A stretch of DNA of 64,000 nt. Source: an uncultured Alphaproteobacteria bacterium (GTDB lineage Bacteria; Pseudomonadota; Alphaproteobacteria; CACIAM-22H2). Shown piece by piece: positions 1 to 9,817 of the stretch (its first letter is position 1; every line of letters begins with the position of its first letter). A program made the translations under genes and the position numbers. Below the pieces are notes generated by a model, which saw only the letters and a list, made by a program, of their open reading frames with translations, was not told the DNA's origin and did no database searches. The stretch lies in NCBI GenBank assembly GCA_963748455.1, contig CAVVJD010000022.1:384143-448142 (forward strand), read 5' to 3'.

Positions 1-325
1 CGTCTGGCTGAACCTGTTCGAAGGGCCCTGGGTGATCGCGTTTGCGCTGTGGAAGCGCGGGGCGCTGCTCGGCCCCTATCTCGCCCAGCATTGGAAGCGC
101 AATGTCGGCGGCGGCATTATCGCGACGCTGGGCTATGGCATCGCCATCTGGGCGCTGAGCCTGGGGGCGATGGCGCATGTGGCGGCGCTGCGCGAGACCT
201 CGGTGATCTTCGCGGCGCTGATGGGCACGCTGCTGCTGCGCAAATCCTTCGGGCTGCGCCGCATCCTGGCGGCGGTGCTGGTCGTCAGTGGATTGCTGCT
301 GATGAACCTGCCGATCGGGCGTTAG
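1..325 (+). CDS. DMT/EamA-family transporter, C-terminal fragment (5' end outside window)
   Basis: The frame of ORF 32..325 is open back to base 2. The translation is consecutive hydrophobic helices (GYGIAIWALSLGAM...VLVVSGLLLMNL), typical of an EamA-domain C terminus. Confidence 0.65.
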   Translation, partial: VWLNLFEGPWVIAFALWKRGALLGPYLAQHWKRNVGGGIIATLGYGIAIWALSLGAMAHVAALRETSVIFAALMGTLLLRKSFGLRRILAAVLVVSGLLLMNLPIGR

Positions 326-474
326 GCGTCCGTGCCCGAGGCCCATGCTTCGAGACGCGCGCCCTGCGGGCGCGCTCCTCAGCATGAGGTCATTCTTAAT
401 TCAGCAATATTGACCTCGTCCTGAGGAGGCCCGCGAAGCGGGCCGTCTCGAAGGACGCGGCAGAGGCACCTCAA

Positions 475-1023
475 TCAGAGATAATCGCCGGTCTGTTCGG
501 GGGTGTTGGTGCGCGCGGCGAATTCGCGCGCGTCGCCGACTTCGCGCCAATGGCCCAGCGCCCAATGGACGGAGGGAAAAGCGATCTCAGTCCAGGGGAT
601 CTCGTCCCACGCAAACAAGCCGACCTCCTGGCTTTCCGGACCCGCCTCGACGTCTTGCGAGGTCAGATCGGCGCGAAAAATAAGCTGCACCTGGCTGATG
701 CGCGGAATGTTGTAGACCGCGAGAAGGGCGTCGATCGCGATACGGGCGCGCGCTTCCTCCCACGCCTCGCGCACCGCGCCGTCGGTCGCACTCTCATTGA
801 GTTCGAGATAGCCGGCCGGCAACGTCCAGAATCCGACACGCGGCGGAATGGCGCGGCGGCACAGCAGCACCTTGTTGTCCCAGCGCGCCACGGAACCGAC
901 GACAATCTTTGGATTTTCATACTGGATGAACCCGCAATCGGGACACACCAGCCGGTGCCGGTTGTCACCGTCGGGAATGGTGCGGATTGTCGGGCCGGCC
1001 GACTTGCGCGACATGGCGGACAT
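475..1023 (-). CDS. NUDIX hydrolase with N-terminal CxxC zinc-ribbon-like segment
   Basis: Nudix box GYLELNESATDGAVREAWEEARA (Gx5Ex7REUxEE). CPDCG lies upstream. I chose the start at the ATG giving MSAMSRKS rather than the ORF-track start at 1083. Confidence 0.85.
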   Translation of the reverse strand: MSAMSRKSAGPTIRTIPDGDNRHRLVCPDCGFIQYENPKIVVGSVARWDNKVLLCRRAIPPRVGFWTLPAGYLELNESATDGAVREAWEEARARIAIDALLAVYNIPRISQVQLIFRADLTSQDVEAGPESQEVGLFAWDEIPWTEIAFPSVHWALGHWREVGDAREFAARTNTPEQTGDYL

Positions 1024-1085
1024 TGTGCGGCCATGCCAACGGATGGGCAAGACCACACGGATCCGCGCAACCAGGAGCGACAAAC

Positions 1086-1370
1086 ATGGACGACGATCTT
1101 GCCGGAATGACCCGCGAGGCGCTCATCACGGAGGTCATGCGGCTTCGAGATGGCATCCGGGCCCATCGCGACAGCAGCGGCCACGATCTGTGCTGGCATC
1201 ACCCGCAGCTCTGGGGCTTGCTGCCGGAGCGCATCGACCCGGCGATTGCCGTTCCGCCCTGGCCGAAATTTCTGCGCGGCTGCGTGAAATATCGCGAGTC
1301 GTTAGAGCGCGAGCGGCCGGATGCGCCGATGATGGACGCGGAATACGGCAACTCGTCCCGCTCGGACTGA
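1086..1370 (+). CDS. conserved hypothetical protein (about 94 aa)
   Basis: ORF 987..1370, trimmed to the ATG at 1086 (MDDDLAGMTREAL...). It is divergent from the NUDIX gene. I recognise no domain. Confidence 0.45.
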   Translation: MDDDLAGMTREALITEVMRLRDGIRAHRDSSGHDLCWHHPQLWGLLPERIDPAIAVPPWPKFLRGCVKYRESLERERPDAPMMDAEYGNSSRSD

Positions 1371-1377
1371 GGCCGGA

Positions 1378-1638
1378 TCAGACGACGATGTTGACGACGC
1401 TGCCGCGCGGCAGGATGCGGCCGGGCTGCGATGTCGGGGCTTGGGCCGTCGGCGCGACGGCCGTTTGTTGCGGCGCTGCCTGCGCAATTTGAGTCGAGAC
1501 CGCCGGATTCTTCACATTCTGGAACGCCGCCTTGGCCGCCGCGCGCGCGGCTTCGGCGCGCGAGGTCGCGGCTGGTGCAGACAACTCAGCCGTGCGGGAG
1601 AGAGCGTGCAGCAGCGATGTGCTGGGCGGGACTTGCAT
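1378..1638 (-). CDS. small Ala/Pro/Gln-rich hypothetical protein
   Basis: 86-aa ORF directly downstream of the dehydrogenase gene on the same strand, ending ...LPRGSVVNIVV. Low complexity; it may not be real. Confidence 0.3.
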   Translation of the reverse strand: MQVPPSTSLLHALSRTAELSAPAATSRAEAARAAAKAAFQNVKNPAVSTQIAQAAPQQTAVAPTAQAPTSQPGRILPRGSVVNIVV

Positions 1639-1677
1639 TGCGAGGCGCAGTATCGTTCGGCGTCCGTTAACCGGCGA

Positions 1678-2916
1678 TTAACGTCCGCGCCAGGTCACGC
1701 GCCAGATCGTGTCGCCGGCATCGTCGGCGATCATCAGCGCGCCGTCCGCCGCTATGGTTAACCCGGCCGGGCGGCCCCAGACCTCGGCGCGGTTGTCGCC
1801 CGAAGCCCAGAAGCCACTGGCGAAAATCTCGTAGTGCCCGGCCGGCTTGCCGTCGCGAAAGGGAACGCGCACGACCATGTAGCCGGTTGGCTTGAAGGCA
1901 TTCCAGGAGCCGTGCAGGGCGACGAACGCATCGCCGCGATACTCCGCCGGAAACGCGGTGCCGGTATAAAACGCAAGGCCGAGCGGTGCTGAATGGGATT
2001 CGAACAGGAGGTCCGGCACGACGGTCTTCGCCACCAGATCCGGCCGGCGCTCGGCATAGCCGGGCTGCGGGTTGGAGCCGATATAGGCGTAGGGCCAGCC
2101 GTAGAAGGCGCCGTCCTGCACGCGGGTGAGATAATCGGGGACGAGCCCGTCGCCCAGGCCGTCACGCTCGTTCACCACCGTCCATAATTCATTGCTACCG
2201 GGACGAATGGCGATGCCGACGGGGTTGCGCAGGCCGGTGGCAAAGAGGCGTTGACCGCTGCCGTCGGCGTTGAATTTGAGGATCGTGGCACGCGGCGGCT
2301 CTTCTTCGGCCACGTTTCCGGCACTGCCGACCGAGGCATAAAACGAGGCGCCGTCGGGGCTGAACACGATAATGCGGGTCGAGTGGCCCCAAGCGCCGCC
2401 GAACACCCCCTCCGCCGTCACCGGCTCCGGCTCCTGGCGGGCCTTGGTATCCCCCGGTTGATAGGCGACCCGCCAGACCCGGCGGGTGTCGGCGACATAG
2501 AGGTAGCCCGGCCGAAGCGCCATGCCATGGGGACGGTTGAAGCCTTCGGCGAAGACCGAAGCGGACTCCGCTTGGCCATTTTTGTCCGCGTCCCGTAATA
2601 GCCGGATCCGGCCGGAACTGCTCTCGGCCACGAAAATGTCGCCGTTGGGGGCGGCCTCCAGCCAGCGCGGGGTATCTAGACGTTCGGCATAGAGACTGGC
2701 GACAAAACCGGCCGGCACCCGCAAACCCGCGCCGGGCGGACGAGCCACCCTGCGGGGTCCGTTGCTGGCGCTGCGGGTCTGGTATGGCGGGGGCAGATCG
2801 GCCGGGCGAATGATAATCTTCGTACCCGGAGTCTGGTCGGTTTGCGCCAAAACGGCGGCTGGCCCAGCCAAAACGGCTAGAAACGCGAGGAAACCAACGC
2901 GAACCCGTGCGGACAT
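1678..2916 (-). CDS. PQQ-dependent sugar (sorbosone/glucose) dehydrogenase family, secreted
   Basis: 412 aa with an N-terminal signal peptide (FLAFLAVLAGPAAVLAQ). Beta-propeller-type sequence resembling the soluble GSDH/L-sorbosone dehydrogenase family. ATG start at 2916. Confidence 0.8.
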   Translation of the reverse strand: MSARVRVGFLAFLAVLAGPAAVLAQTDQTPGTKIIIRPADLPPPYQTRSASNGPRRVARPPGAGLRVPAGFVASLYAERLDTPRWLEAAPNGDIFVAESSSGRIRLLRDADKNGQAESASVFAEGFNRPHGMALRPGYLYVADTRRVWRVAYQPGDTKARQEPEPVTAEGVFGGAWGHSTRIIVFSPDGASFYASVGSAGNVAEEEPPRATILKFNADGSGQRLFATGLRNPVGIAIRPGSNELWTVVNERDGLGDGLVPDYLTRVQDGAFYGWPYAYIGSNPQPGYAERRPDLVAKTVVPDLLFESHSAPLGLAFYTGTAFPAEYRGDAFVALHGSWNAFKPTGYMVVRVPFRDGKPAGHYEIFASGFWASGDNRAEVWGRPAGLTIAADGALMIADDAGDTIWRVTWRGR

Positions 2917-3011
2917 GTCACACCCCCGGCTTGCCCTTCGTCGATCAACTTAACCATTGGCTAAGCAATGGCAATCAATAGTAGTTCAGGTTTCTCCGGG
3001 GGTTGAGGGGA

Positions 3012-4139
3012 ATGCGGAAATTGGCCTCCGCCGACATAGACGCACTGTTAACTCTGGCGCACGACCCGACGCCGGCTGCCCGCCAGCAGCTTGTGGGCGC
3101 CGTCAGCGATTTCATGTTCCGCGACGATGGCGAGCTGTCGTCGCGCGAGCGCGAGATCGCGGTCGATATCCTGCGCGCCCTGATCCGGGAAACAGAGACG
3201 GCAATCCGCCGCGCCCTTGCCGAGCGCCTGTCGCGCGAGCCGACGGCACCGCATGAGCTGATCGTGGCGCTCGCCAATGACGAGATCGACGTCGCCCAGC
3301 CGGTATTGTCAGACAGTGTCGTCCTGACCGACCCCGATCTTCTGGAAGTCATCAAGCAGCGCACACTGCAGCACCAGCTCGCCATCGCGCTGCGCCGGGG
3401 CTTGAGCGAACGCGTGAGCGCCGCCCTGGTTGCCACGGGCAACGAGAGCGTCATGCAGTCCGTGCTCGACAATGCGACGGCGCGCTTCGATCGCAGCGTG
3501 CTCGAGGCCATGGTCGAGCGCTCGCGCACCATCGAGCGCATCCGCCGACCGCTGCTGTCGCGCGAGGAGCTGGATTCGCGATTGGCCAGCAAGATGTATT
3601 CCTGGGTGTCGGCGGCCCTGCGCCGCCACATCCTCTATCACTACGATGTCGATGCCGACATCGTCGACCGCGCGATGGGCGACACGATCACGGAAATCCG
3701 TCACGACCAGAGCCGGCATAACGCGCTGGCCGATGTCGCCGACAAGATCATGCAGATCTTCCAGGGTGCCGCCCTCGACGATCCGCGGCTGCTGCTGCGT
3801 GTGTTGCGCGCCGGCGAAGTGGCGCTGTTCGAGGGGTTGTTCGCCAAGTTCACGGGGCTCAGCCTGCGGCTGGCGCGCCGCGCGATCTACGAACCGGGCG
3901 GCAAGCCGCTGGCCATCGTTTGCCGGGCAGCGGGTGTCGATAAACCGAATTTCGCTTCGTTGTTCCTGCTGGCACGCCAGGCACGCCCCGGCGACAAATC
4001 GGTCGACCCGCAGGAGCTGCCGACGGTTCTTAACTTTTTCGATGGCCTCAGCCGGCTCTCGGCCAAGCAACTCGTCGCCAAATGGCGCGAGGAGCGCACG
4101 CCCGTCCACCGCTCGGATTTTGGGCGCTCGCTGCACTGA
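3012..4139 (+). CDS. DUF2336 domain protein
   Basis: Helical-repeat protein (REREIAVDILRALIRETETAIRRALAERLS...LANDEIDVAQPVL) matching my memory of the alphaproteobacterial DUF2336 family. ATG at 3012; the ORF track starts at TTG 3003. Confidence 0.65.
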   Translation: MRKLASADIDALLTLAHDPTPAARQQLVGAVSDFMFRDDGELSSREREIAVDILRALIRETETAIRRALAERLSREPTAPHELIVALANDEIDVAQPVLSDSVVLTDPDLLEVIKQRTLQHQLAIALRRGLSERVSAALVATGNESVMQSVLDNATARFDRSVLEAMVERSRTIERIRRPLLSREELDSRLASKMYSWVSAALRRHILYHYDVDADIVDRAMGDTITEIRHDQSRHNALADVADKIMQIFQGAALDDPRLLLRVLRAGEVALFEGLFAKFTGLSLRLARRAIYEPGGKPLAIVCRAAGVDKPNFASLFLLARQARPGDKSVDPQELPTVLNFFDGLSRLSAKQLVAKWREERTPVHRSDFGRSLH

Positions 4140-4178
4140 GCAACCGCACAAGGGGGCTGGAATAGCGCCGCCCGCCGG

Positions 4179-4712
4179 GTGTTATTATCTCTGAGAATGG
4201 GCCCCGTTCCGCCAGAGCACCCGATCGTCGGACAGATCCCGCATCTGCGCCGGTATGCACGCGCGCTGCTGGGGGAGCGCGCGGCCGCCGAAGATTTGGT
4301 GCAGGATTGTCTGGAACGGGCGTGGAGCCGCTTTCACCTATGGCGCGACGGGACGAATTTACGCACGTGGATGTTCACGATCATGCATAACCTGCACGCC
4401 AACGCGATGCGCAGCGCGGCACGCCGGCCGCGCCAGACGACCATCGACGACAACGGCCCCGCCCTGCCCGTGCGCCCGACGCAAGAAGACCGGCTGGAAG
4501 TCGTCGCGATCGAAGACGCGCTCGCGCGCCTGCCCGAGGAACAGCGGCAGGTCGTGCTGCTCGTGGGCCTTGAAGAGATGAGCTACCAGGAGGCGGCGAC
4601 GGTCCTCGCCATTCCGATCGGCACGGTGATGAGCCGGCTGCATCGCGGCCGTGAGCGCCTGCGCGAAGGTCTGACCGGCGCCAGCGGCCCGTCGCTGCGG
4701 AGGGTCAAATGA
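4179..4712 (+). CDS. ECF-type RNA polymerase sigma factor
   Basis: Region 2 (DLVQDCLERAW...LRTWMFTIMHN) and region 4 (LPEEQRQVVLLVGLEEMSYQEAATVLAIPIGTVMSRLHRGR). The stop overlaps the next start (ATGA at 4709). Confidence 0.85.
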   Translation: MLLSLRMGPVPPEHPIVGQIPHLRRYARALLGERAAAEDLVQDCLERAWSRFHLWRDGTNLRTWMFTIMHNLHANAMRSAARRPRQTTIDDNGPALPVRPTQEDRLEVVAIEDALARLPEEQRQVVLLVGLEEMSYQEAATVLAIPIGTVMSRLHRGRERLREGLTGASGPSLRRVK

Positions 4713-5494
4713 CCCAGACTCCCAAGCCGATCGGCGACGACGAGCTGCATGCCTATGCCGACGGGCAGCTCGACGCCGCGCGGCGCGAGGCGATCGATGC
4801 GTGGCTCGCCGAACACCCCGAGGACGCGGCGCGCGTCAATTTCTATACGCGCATCAATAGGGCGTTGCACGAGCGTTTCGACGCAGTGCTGACCGAGCCC
4901 GTACCCGCAGCGATGACCCATCCGCCGCAACGGCGGCGCTGGGCGACGCTGCGCCAGTTCGGCGTGGCGGCGGCGTGTTTGATCGTGGGGCTGGTCGGCG
5001 GCTGGTTCGCGCGCGAGGCGATGTGGCCCGCCGCGACGATCCGCGCCAGCGGAACCGGGCCCGCGATCGCGCGCGAGGCGGCGCTCGCGCATGCGCTCTA
5101 CACCGTGGAGGTGCGTCATCCGGTCGAAGTCGGTGCGGGCGAAGATCATCTGCTGCGCTGGCTGTCGAACCGTATGGGACGGCCGGTCAAGGCGCCGCTG
5201 CTCAACGCCTCGGGATTCCGGTTGATGGGCGGACGATTGCTGCCCAATGAGGAAGGCGGCGTCGCCTGTCAGTTCATGTACGAGAACGTGAATGGCGTAC
5301 GCGTCACGCTCTACTACGCCAAGCGCGCCGAGGGCGCACGGCGCGAAACCGCGTTCCGCTATGTCGAAGAGGGCGACGGGCTGAGCGTGTTCTATTGGCT
5401 CGACGAAAAGATGGGCTACGCGATTTCCGGCCGCATGCCGCGCGACAATCTGCTGATAATCGCGCGCGAGATCTACGAGCAGCTGGACAAATAA
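4709..5494 (+). CDS. anti-sigma factor (single-pass membrane protein)
   Basis: Translationally coupled to the ECF sigma gene. N-terminal anti-sigma helix region, one TM (FGVAAACLIVGLVGGWFA) and a C-terminal extracytoplasmic domain. Confidence 0.7.
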   Translation: MTQTPKPIGDDELHAYADGQLDAARREAIDAWLAEHPEDAARVNFYTRINRALHERFDAVLTEPVPAAMTHPPQRRRWATLRQFGVAAACLIVGLVGGWFAREAMWPAATIRASGTGPAIAREAALAHALYTVEVRHPVEVGAGEDHLLRWLSNRMGRPVKAPLLNASGFRLMGGRLLPNEEGGVACQFMYENVNGVRVTLYYAKRAEGARRETAFRYVEEGDGLSVFYWLDEKMGYAISGRMPRDNLLIIAREIYEQLDK

Positions 5495-5567
5495 TGCGCG
5501 ATCGGGAGCGCCGGCGCTCCCGATTCTTGTCTTCGGATGGAATAGCGACGCACGTCCCTCACCACGG

Positions 5568-6688
5568 TCAGCTATCGAATACGAGCCGGGTTCCCGTATA
5601 GGAGCGCAGCAGCTTGGACGGCATCTCGGTCCTGGCGATTTCATAGAACGGCTCGCCGCTGCAATGCAGTGGAATGACGTAGTCGACATCGATGTCCTTA
5701 AGCGCCGCAATCGTCTGGCGCACGTAGTCTTCCGGATAGGGCGCGAGGTGGAAGCCGCCGATCACGGCGTGAACCTTGCGCACCCCGGAAGCCGCCTGAG
5801 CGCGCTTGATCGCGTTGACCACGCCGCGATGGCTGCACGAGGTCAGCACGATGAGCCCACGCCCTTTGAGGTTGAACGCGGTGGCGATCTCGTGCCGGAA
5901 CTGATCGGGGATGACTGTTTTCGCCCGCTCTTCCTCCGTGAATTTGTCGGCGTAGCAGCCGATGCCCTGATCCACGCCGATCGTCATGGCGCTCGGTGAT
6001 AACAGCTTCTCGAAGCTGTCGAGGCCAATCTGGCCGGATGCGAAGCCGTGATCAGCAACGAGCGATGGCCCCTCGGCATACGTCACGGTGAGGTTGGCCT
6101 CCTGCAGCGCTTTGCGATCGAGGGCGCCGAAACTGCCGCGCGCCGGCGGCGCGGTCCACTCGCGCGTGCAGAAACAGTCTTCCCCGCCAACATAAAGCGG
6201 AAGCATGGTTTTCAACTTGCTCTTGTTTTTTTGGAGGAAGCCGACAAGGCCGCCAAAATGGTCGTAGTGACCGTGGCTCAGCACGAGCGCGTCGAGGCCG
6301 GCCGGGTCGATGCCAAGCAAGTCGGTGTTGTTGACCAGAGCATCGGGGGTGTAGCCGAAATCCACCAGGACATTGCGCGCCTCGCTGCCGCGCCGCGTCT
6401 CGACATGCATGCGACAGGCCGAATTCACTGATCAGTGTGCGGCCGGGCGGCTTGCCGGCGCCAATGCCCCAACCGAAATGCTGGACCTCGACAGCGCCCA
6501 CTTTTCGAACTCGGCGCGACTGCGAACTGATAGCTGTCGATCACCACGCGCACCGCCACGCGGTCGACTTCGGGGACTGCCCCGCTGATCGCCTGGGCTC
6601 TGACGGGCTTCGTGCCGCGGAGAAGCGTTGCTACCATCGCACCGAACACAGTGGCACCTCCACCACAGAGAACATCTCTGCGATGCAT
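5568..6688 (-). pseudogene. Tat-signal MBL-fold metallo-hydrolase (COG1237-like), interrupted by two frameshifts
   Basis: The N terminus (MHRRDVLCGGGATVFGA...VIDSYQFAVAPS) is in ORF 6425..6730. The middle (GAVEVQHFGWGIGAGKPPGRTLISEFGLS) is in ORF 6052..6501. The rest (HVETRRGSEARNVLVDFG...LSHGHYDHFGG) is in ORF 5568..6428. Confidence 0.75.
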
Positions 6689-6983
6689 CAAGTCGCCTTC
6701 ATGATCGATTGACATGACGCTGACCTCCATTGCGCCGCCTTGGCTGCCGCAAGGCGGCGCGCACGAGGACGATCACGGGAGCGGAGGCGATGGGGAATTG
6801 AGCACGCCAGCGTCTGGCAGGCCGCCCCATGGTAACAGCCCATTCTAGCGCGCGTTCGCAAGCTCCGTGCAAATCTCGTGGGCGGGCGGAATGCTGCGCT
6901 TCGCCTCGCAACGGCGCTACGACTTTGCAGACAGATTCAAAGTATCGGTCGATTAAGACGTTAGCCGGATTCTTAGATCAGTT

Positions 6984-8180
6984 TCACGTTCGACCGAGCG
7001 CCGCGACGCCCGGCAGCTCGCGGCCTTCGAGCCATTCGAGGAACGCGCCGCCCGCGGTCGAGACGTAGGTGAAATCATCCTCGACGCCCGCGTGCGCGAG
7101 GGCGGCAACAGTGTCGCCACCGCCGGCCACTGACAGCAGCTTGCCTTCTTTCGTCAGCCGCGCCGCCTCGCGCGCGACGGCGGTCGTGCCGATGTCGAAT
7201 GGCGCATGCTCGAAGGCGCCGAGCGGGCCGTTCCACACCAGCGTCTTGCAGGCGCTGAGCGCCTTGACCGTTTCCGCGACCGATTGCGGACCGATATCGA
7301 GTACCATCATGTCCGATGGCACGCGGCCGATCGGCACGGTCTGCGCGGCGTTGCCGGCCGTCAGTGCGGGCGCCACGACCGCATCGATGGGCAGTACGAT
7401 CTGCCGGCCGGCCTTGGCGGCCCCTTCGGCAATGCGCCGGGCGGTGTCGGCCATGTCGCGCTCGCACAGAGATTTTCCGATGTCGATGCCCTGGGCATAG
7501 AGAAACGTGTTGGCCATGCCGCCGCCGATCACCAGTAGATCGACCTTGGTCAGCAGATTGCCGATGAGGTCGAGCTTGGTGGAAATCTTCGAGCCGCCGA
7601 CGATCGCGGCAAGCGGGCGCTGGGGCGCATCGAGCGCCTTGCCGAGGGCCTCGAGCTCCTCCTGCATCAATCGCCCGGCGGCGTTGGGCAGCAGGCGCGC
7701 GATGGCCTCGGTCGAGGCATGGGCGCGATGCGCGGTCGAGAACGCGTCGTTGATATAAAGATCGCCGATGGCGGCAAGCTGCTTGGCGAAGCCGATATCG
7801 TTGGCTTCCTCCTCGGGGTGGAAGCGCAGATTTTCGAGCAGCGCCACCTGGCCGTTCTTGAGCCCGGCCACCACCTTCTTCGCCTCCGGACCGACGCTGT
7901 CGCCAGCGAACGCCACCGGGGCGCCCAGCGCCTTGCCCAGCTCCGCCGCCAGCGGCTGCAGCGACATGGAGGGTACGGGCTTGCCGTTGGGGCGCCCGAA
8001 ATGGGACAGCACGATCACTTTCGCGCCCGCCTTCGTCAGTTCCTTGAGCGTCGGCACCAGACGCTCGATCCGGGTGGCGTCGCTGACCTTGCCGTCCTGC
8101 ATGGGGACGTTGAGATCGGCGCGCACCAGGACCCGCTGGCCCGACACGGCTAAGTCGTTAAGGGTCAGAAATCGCCGCAT
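6984..8180 (-). CDS. pgk: phosphoglycerate kinase
   Basis: Full-length PGK similarity ([18 protein letters not shown]...; FGRPNG...). The start is trimmed to ATG 8180 ([10 protein letters not shown]), since the 30 aa upstream in the ORF-track entry do not belong to the family. Confidence 0.95.
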   Translation of the reverse strand: MRRFLTLNDLAVSGQRVLVRADLNVPMQDGKVSDATRIERLVPTLKELTKAGAKVIVLSHFGRPNGKPVPSMSLQPLAAELGKALGAPVAFAGDSVGPEAKKVVAGLKNGQVALLENLRFHPEEEANDIGFAKQLAAIGDLYINDAFSTAHRAHASTEAIARLLPNAAGRLMQEELEALGKALDAPQRPLAAIVGGSKISTKLDLIGNLLTKVDLLVIGGGMANTFLYAQGIDIGKSLCERDMADTARRIAEGAAKAGRQIVLPIDAVVAPALTAGNAAQTVPIGRVPSDMMVLDIGPQSVAETVKALSACKTLVWNGPLGAFEHAPFDIGTTAVAREAARLTKEGKLLSVAGGGDTVAALAHAGVEDDFTYVSTAGGAFLEWLEGRELPGVAALGRT

Positions 8181-8426
8181 TTCTTGGTTCCCGAAGCAGA
8201 TGTCGAAAGGTGCACGCACCGGACGGCGCGTGCCCGGTTTGGACCACAGAACGACGCTGCGCGCAACCATTGCCCGCCGCCAAAGCCCTTACCTCCCTCA
8301 AGGGATTTGTCGAGCGTTTAAGTCGATGCTAGGCTTTTGTCATGGCCTTAAGGGTGAATACATCCGTGGGCCGGACCCAACAAAAAAATCAAAAGAACAG
8401 AGGCTAGAACGGGGAGAAACACCAAC

Positions 8427-8990
8427 ATGATGTCGATGGACGACGGCGCTACCATCCGCGCCACGGTAAAATGGTTCAACACTGCCAAGGGGTTTGGGTT
8501 CGTCACCCCAGTCGATGGCTCACCGGAAGCGTTCCTGCACCTTTCGGCGTTGCGACAGGCCGGTTTCGATTCGGTGGGTGAAGGTGCCGGCCTGCTGGTC
8601 GAAATTGGGCAAAGTCCCAAGGGGCGGCAGGTCACTCGCGTCCTCGAAGTCGACATGAGCCAGGCTCGTGCACCCGCTCCGCGCCCGCGGGCGGTCAGCG
8701 GCCCCTCCGCCCCGCCCATGCCGGTGTCGCTGGAAAACACCGAGGTGGTCGACGGCGTGGTGAAATGGTTCAGCGCGCTCAAGGGCTACGGCTTCGTCTC
8801 GCCGCACACGGGTGGCAAGGATGTGTTCCTGCACATCACCATCCTGCGCAATGCGGGGCTCAGCGGGCTCACGCCGGGCCAGGCAGTACGGATGCACATT
8901 GTATCCGCGCGCAAGGGCCCCGAAGCGGTGGCGATCGAGCTGCTGGCCGGCGGGGCCGCACCGGCCGTCGCCTCGGGCGGGATGAACTAA
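8427..8990 (+). CDS. cold-shock protein with two cold-shock domains
   Basis: Two CSD units, each with an RNP-1-like motif (KWFNTAKGFGFV and KWFSALKGYGFV), joined by a Pro/Ala-rich linker. Confidence 0.85.
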   Translation: MMSMDDGATIRATVKWFNTAKGFGFVTPVDGSPEAFLHLSALRQAGFDSVGEGAGLLVEIGQSPKGRQVTRVLEVDMSQARAPAPRPRAVSGPSAPPMPVSLENTEVVDGVVKWFSALKGYGFVSPHTGGKDVFLHITILRNAGLSGLTPGQAVRMHIVSARKGPEAVAIELLAGGAAPAVASGGMN

Positions 8991-9012
8991 TCGCGCCAGC
9001 GGCCTCGCGGCG

Positions 9013-9810
9013 CTAGCGCAGCAGCGTCGGCGGCGGAAAGTCGCCGATGACGCCGGTGTGCGTTGTGAGGCCTTGGCCCGCGATCCAGCGATGGAGCTGG
9101 AAGCCCGGCGGCTCCAGCACATAGCGCGCGGGATAATCGGGCCGCAGGTCGAGCGCGAATTGATGCGCGGTCGACGGACACACCGAGACCACCGTGCCGC
9201 CCCAGCGCACCGACACCGAGCGATGCAGGTGGCCGGCGATGACGCGCTCCACCTGGCTGTGCCGCGCGACGACCGCCTCGAAACGATCGGCGTTGCGGAA
9301 GGGCTTGGCATCCATGTGCGCGATGCCGGTCATGATCGGCGGATGATGGACGACGATGAGCGTCGGCCGGTCCGGCGCTTCCGACAGGCGCTCATCGAGC
9401 CAGCTCAGACGCGCATCGCAAAGATAGCCGCCGACCTCCCCTGGCATCACGCTGTCGAGCGCCACGATCCGCAACGGGCAAGAATCGTCCACATAATGCA
9501 GAAATTCGTCCGGGCCTTGCAGGTAGCCGTGATCGGGGAAACTCGCGCGCAGACTGGCGCGCAGGTCATGGTTGCCCACGATCAACCGCACCGGCATCGG
9601 CAACGGCTTCAGAAGCTCGCGCAGGCGCGAATATTCGGCGGGGGAGCCGGCATCCACCAGATCGCCGCTGACGATGACCAGATCGGGGCGCGGATCGAGG
9701 GCGAGCAGCGTATCGACGGCGCGCTTGAGATATTGCGCGGGATCGACCACGCCGTAGATGAGCGCGCCTTGCAGGCGGATATGGCAGTCGGTGATCTGGG
9801 CGATGAGCAT
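9013..9810 (-). CDS. metallophosphoesterase (CpdA/GpdQ-like phosphodiesterase)
   Basis: The canonical motifs are intact: ITDCH, SGDLVD, GNHD, VVHHPP, GHLH. Confidence 0.8.
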   Translation of the reverse strand: MLIAQITDCHIRLQGALIYGVVDPAQYLKRAVDTLLALDPRPDLVIVSGDLVDAGSPAEYSRLRELLKPLPMPVRLIVGNHDLRASLRASFPDHGYLQGPDEFLHYVDDSCPLRIVALDSVMPGEVGGYLCDARLSWLDERLSEAPDRPTLIVVHHPPIMTGIAHMDAKPFRNADRFEAVVARHSQVERVIAGHLHRSVSVRWGGTVVSVCPSTAHQFALDLRPDYPARYVLEPPGFQLHRWIAGQGLTTHTGVIGDFPPPTLLR

Positions 9811-9817
9811 GGGCTGG

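Noticed and set aside
2954-2971. CCATTG-N6-CAATGG palindrome upstream of the DUF2336 gene
   Set aside because: It is a short 6-bp inverted repeat that could arise by chance. There is no second copy or known regulator to link it to. I noted it but do not consider it supportable as a site.
9609-9817. 3' extension of the rlmJ ORF overlapping the phosphodiesterase gene
   Set aside because: It is read-through caused by the frameshift. The family C terminus and stop are at 9818..9847 in another frame.
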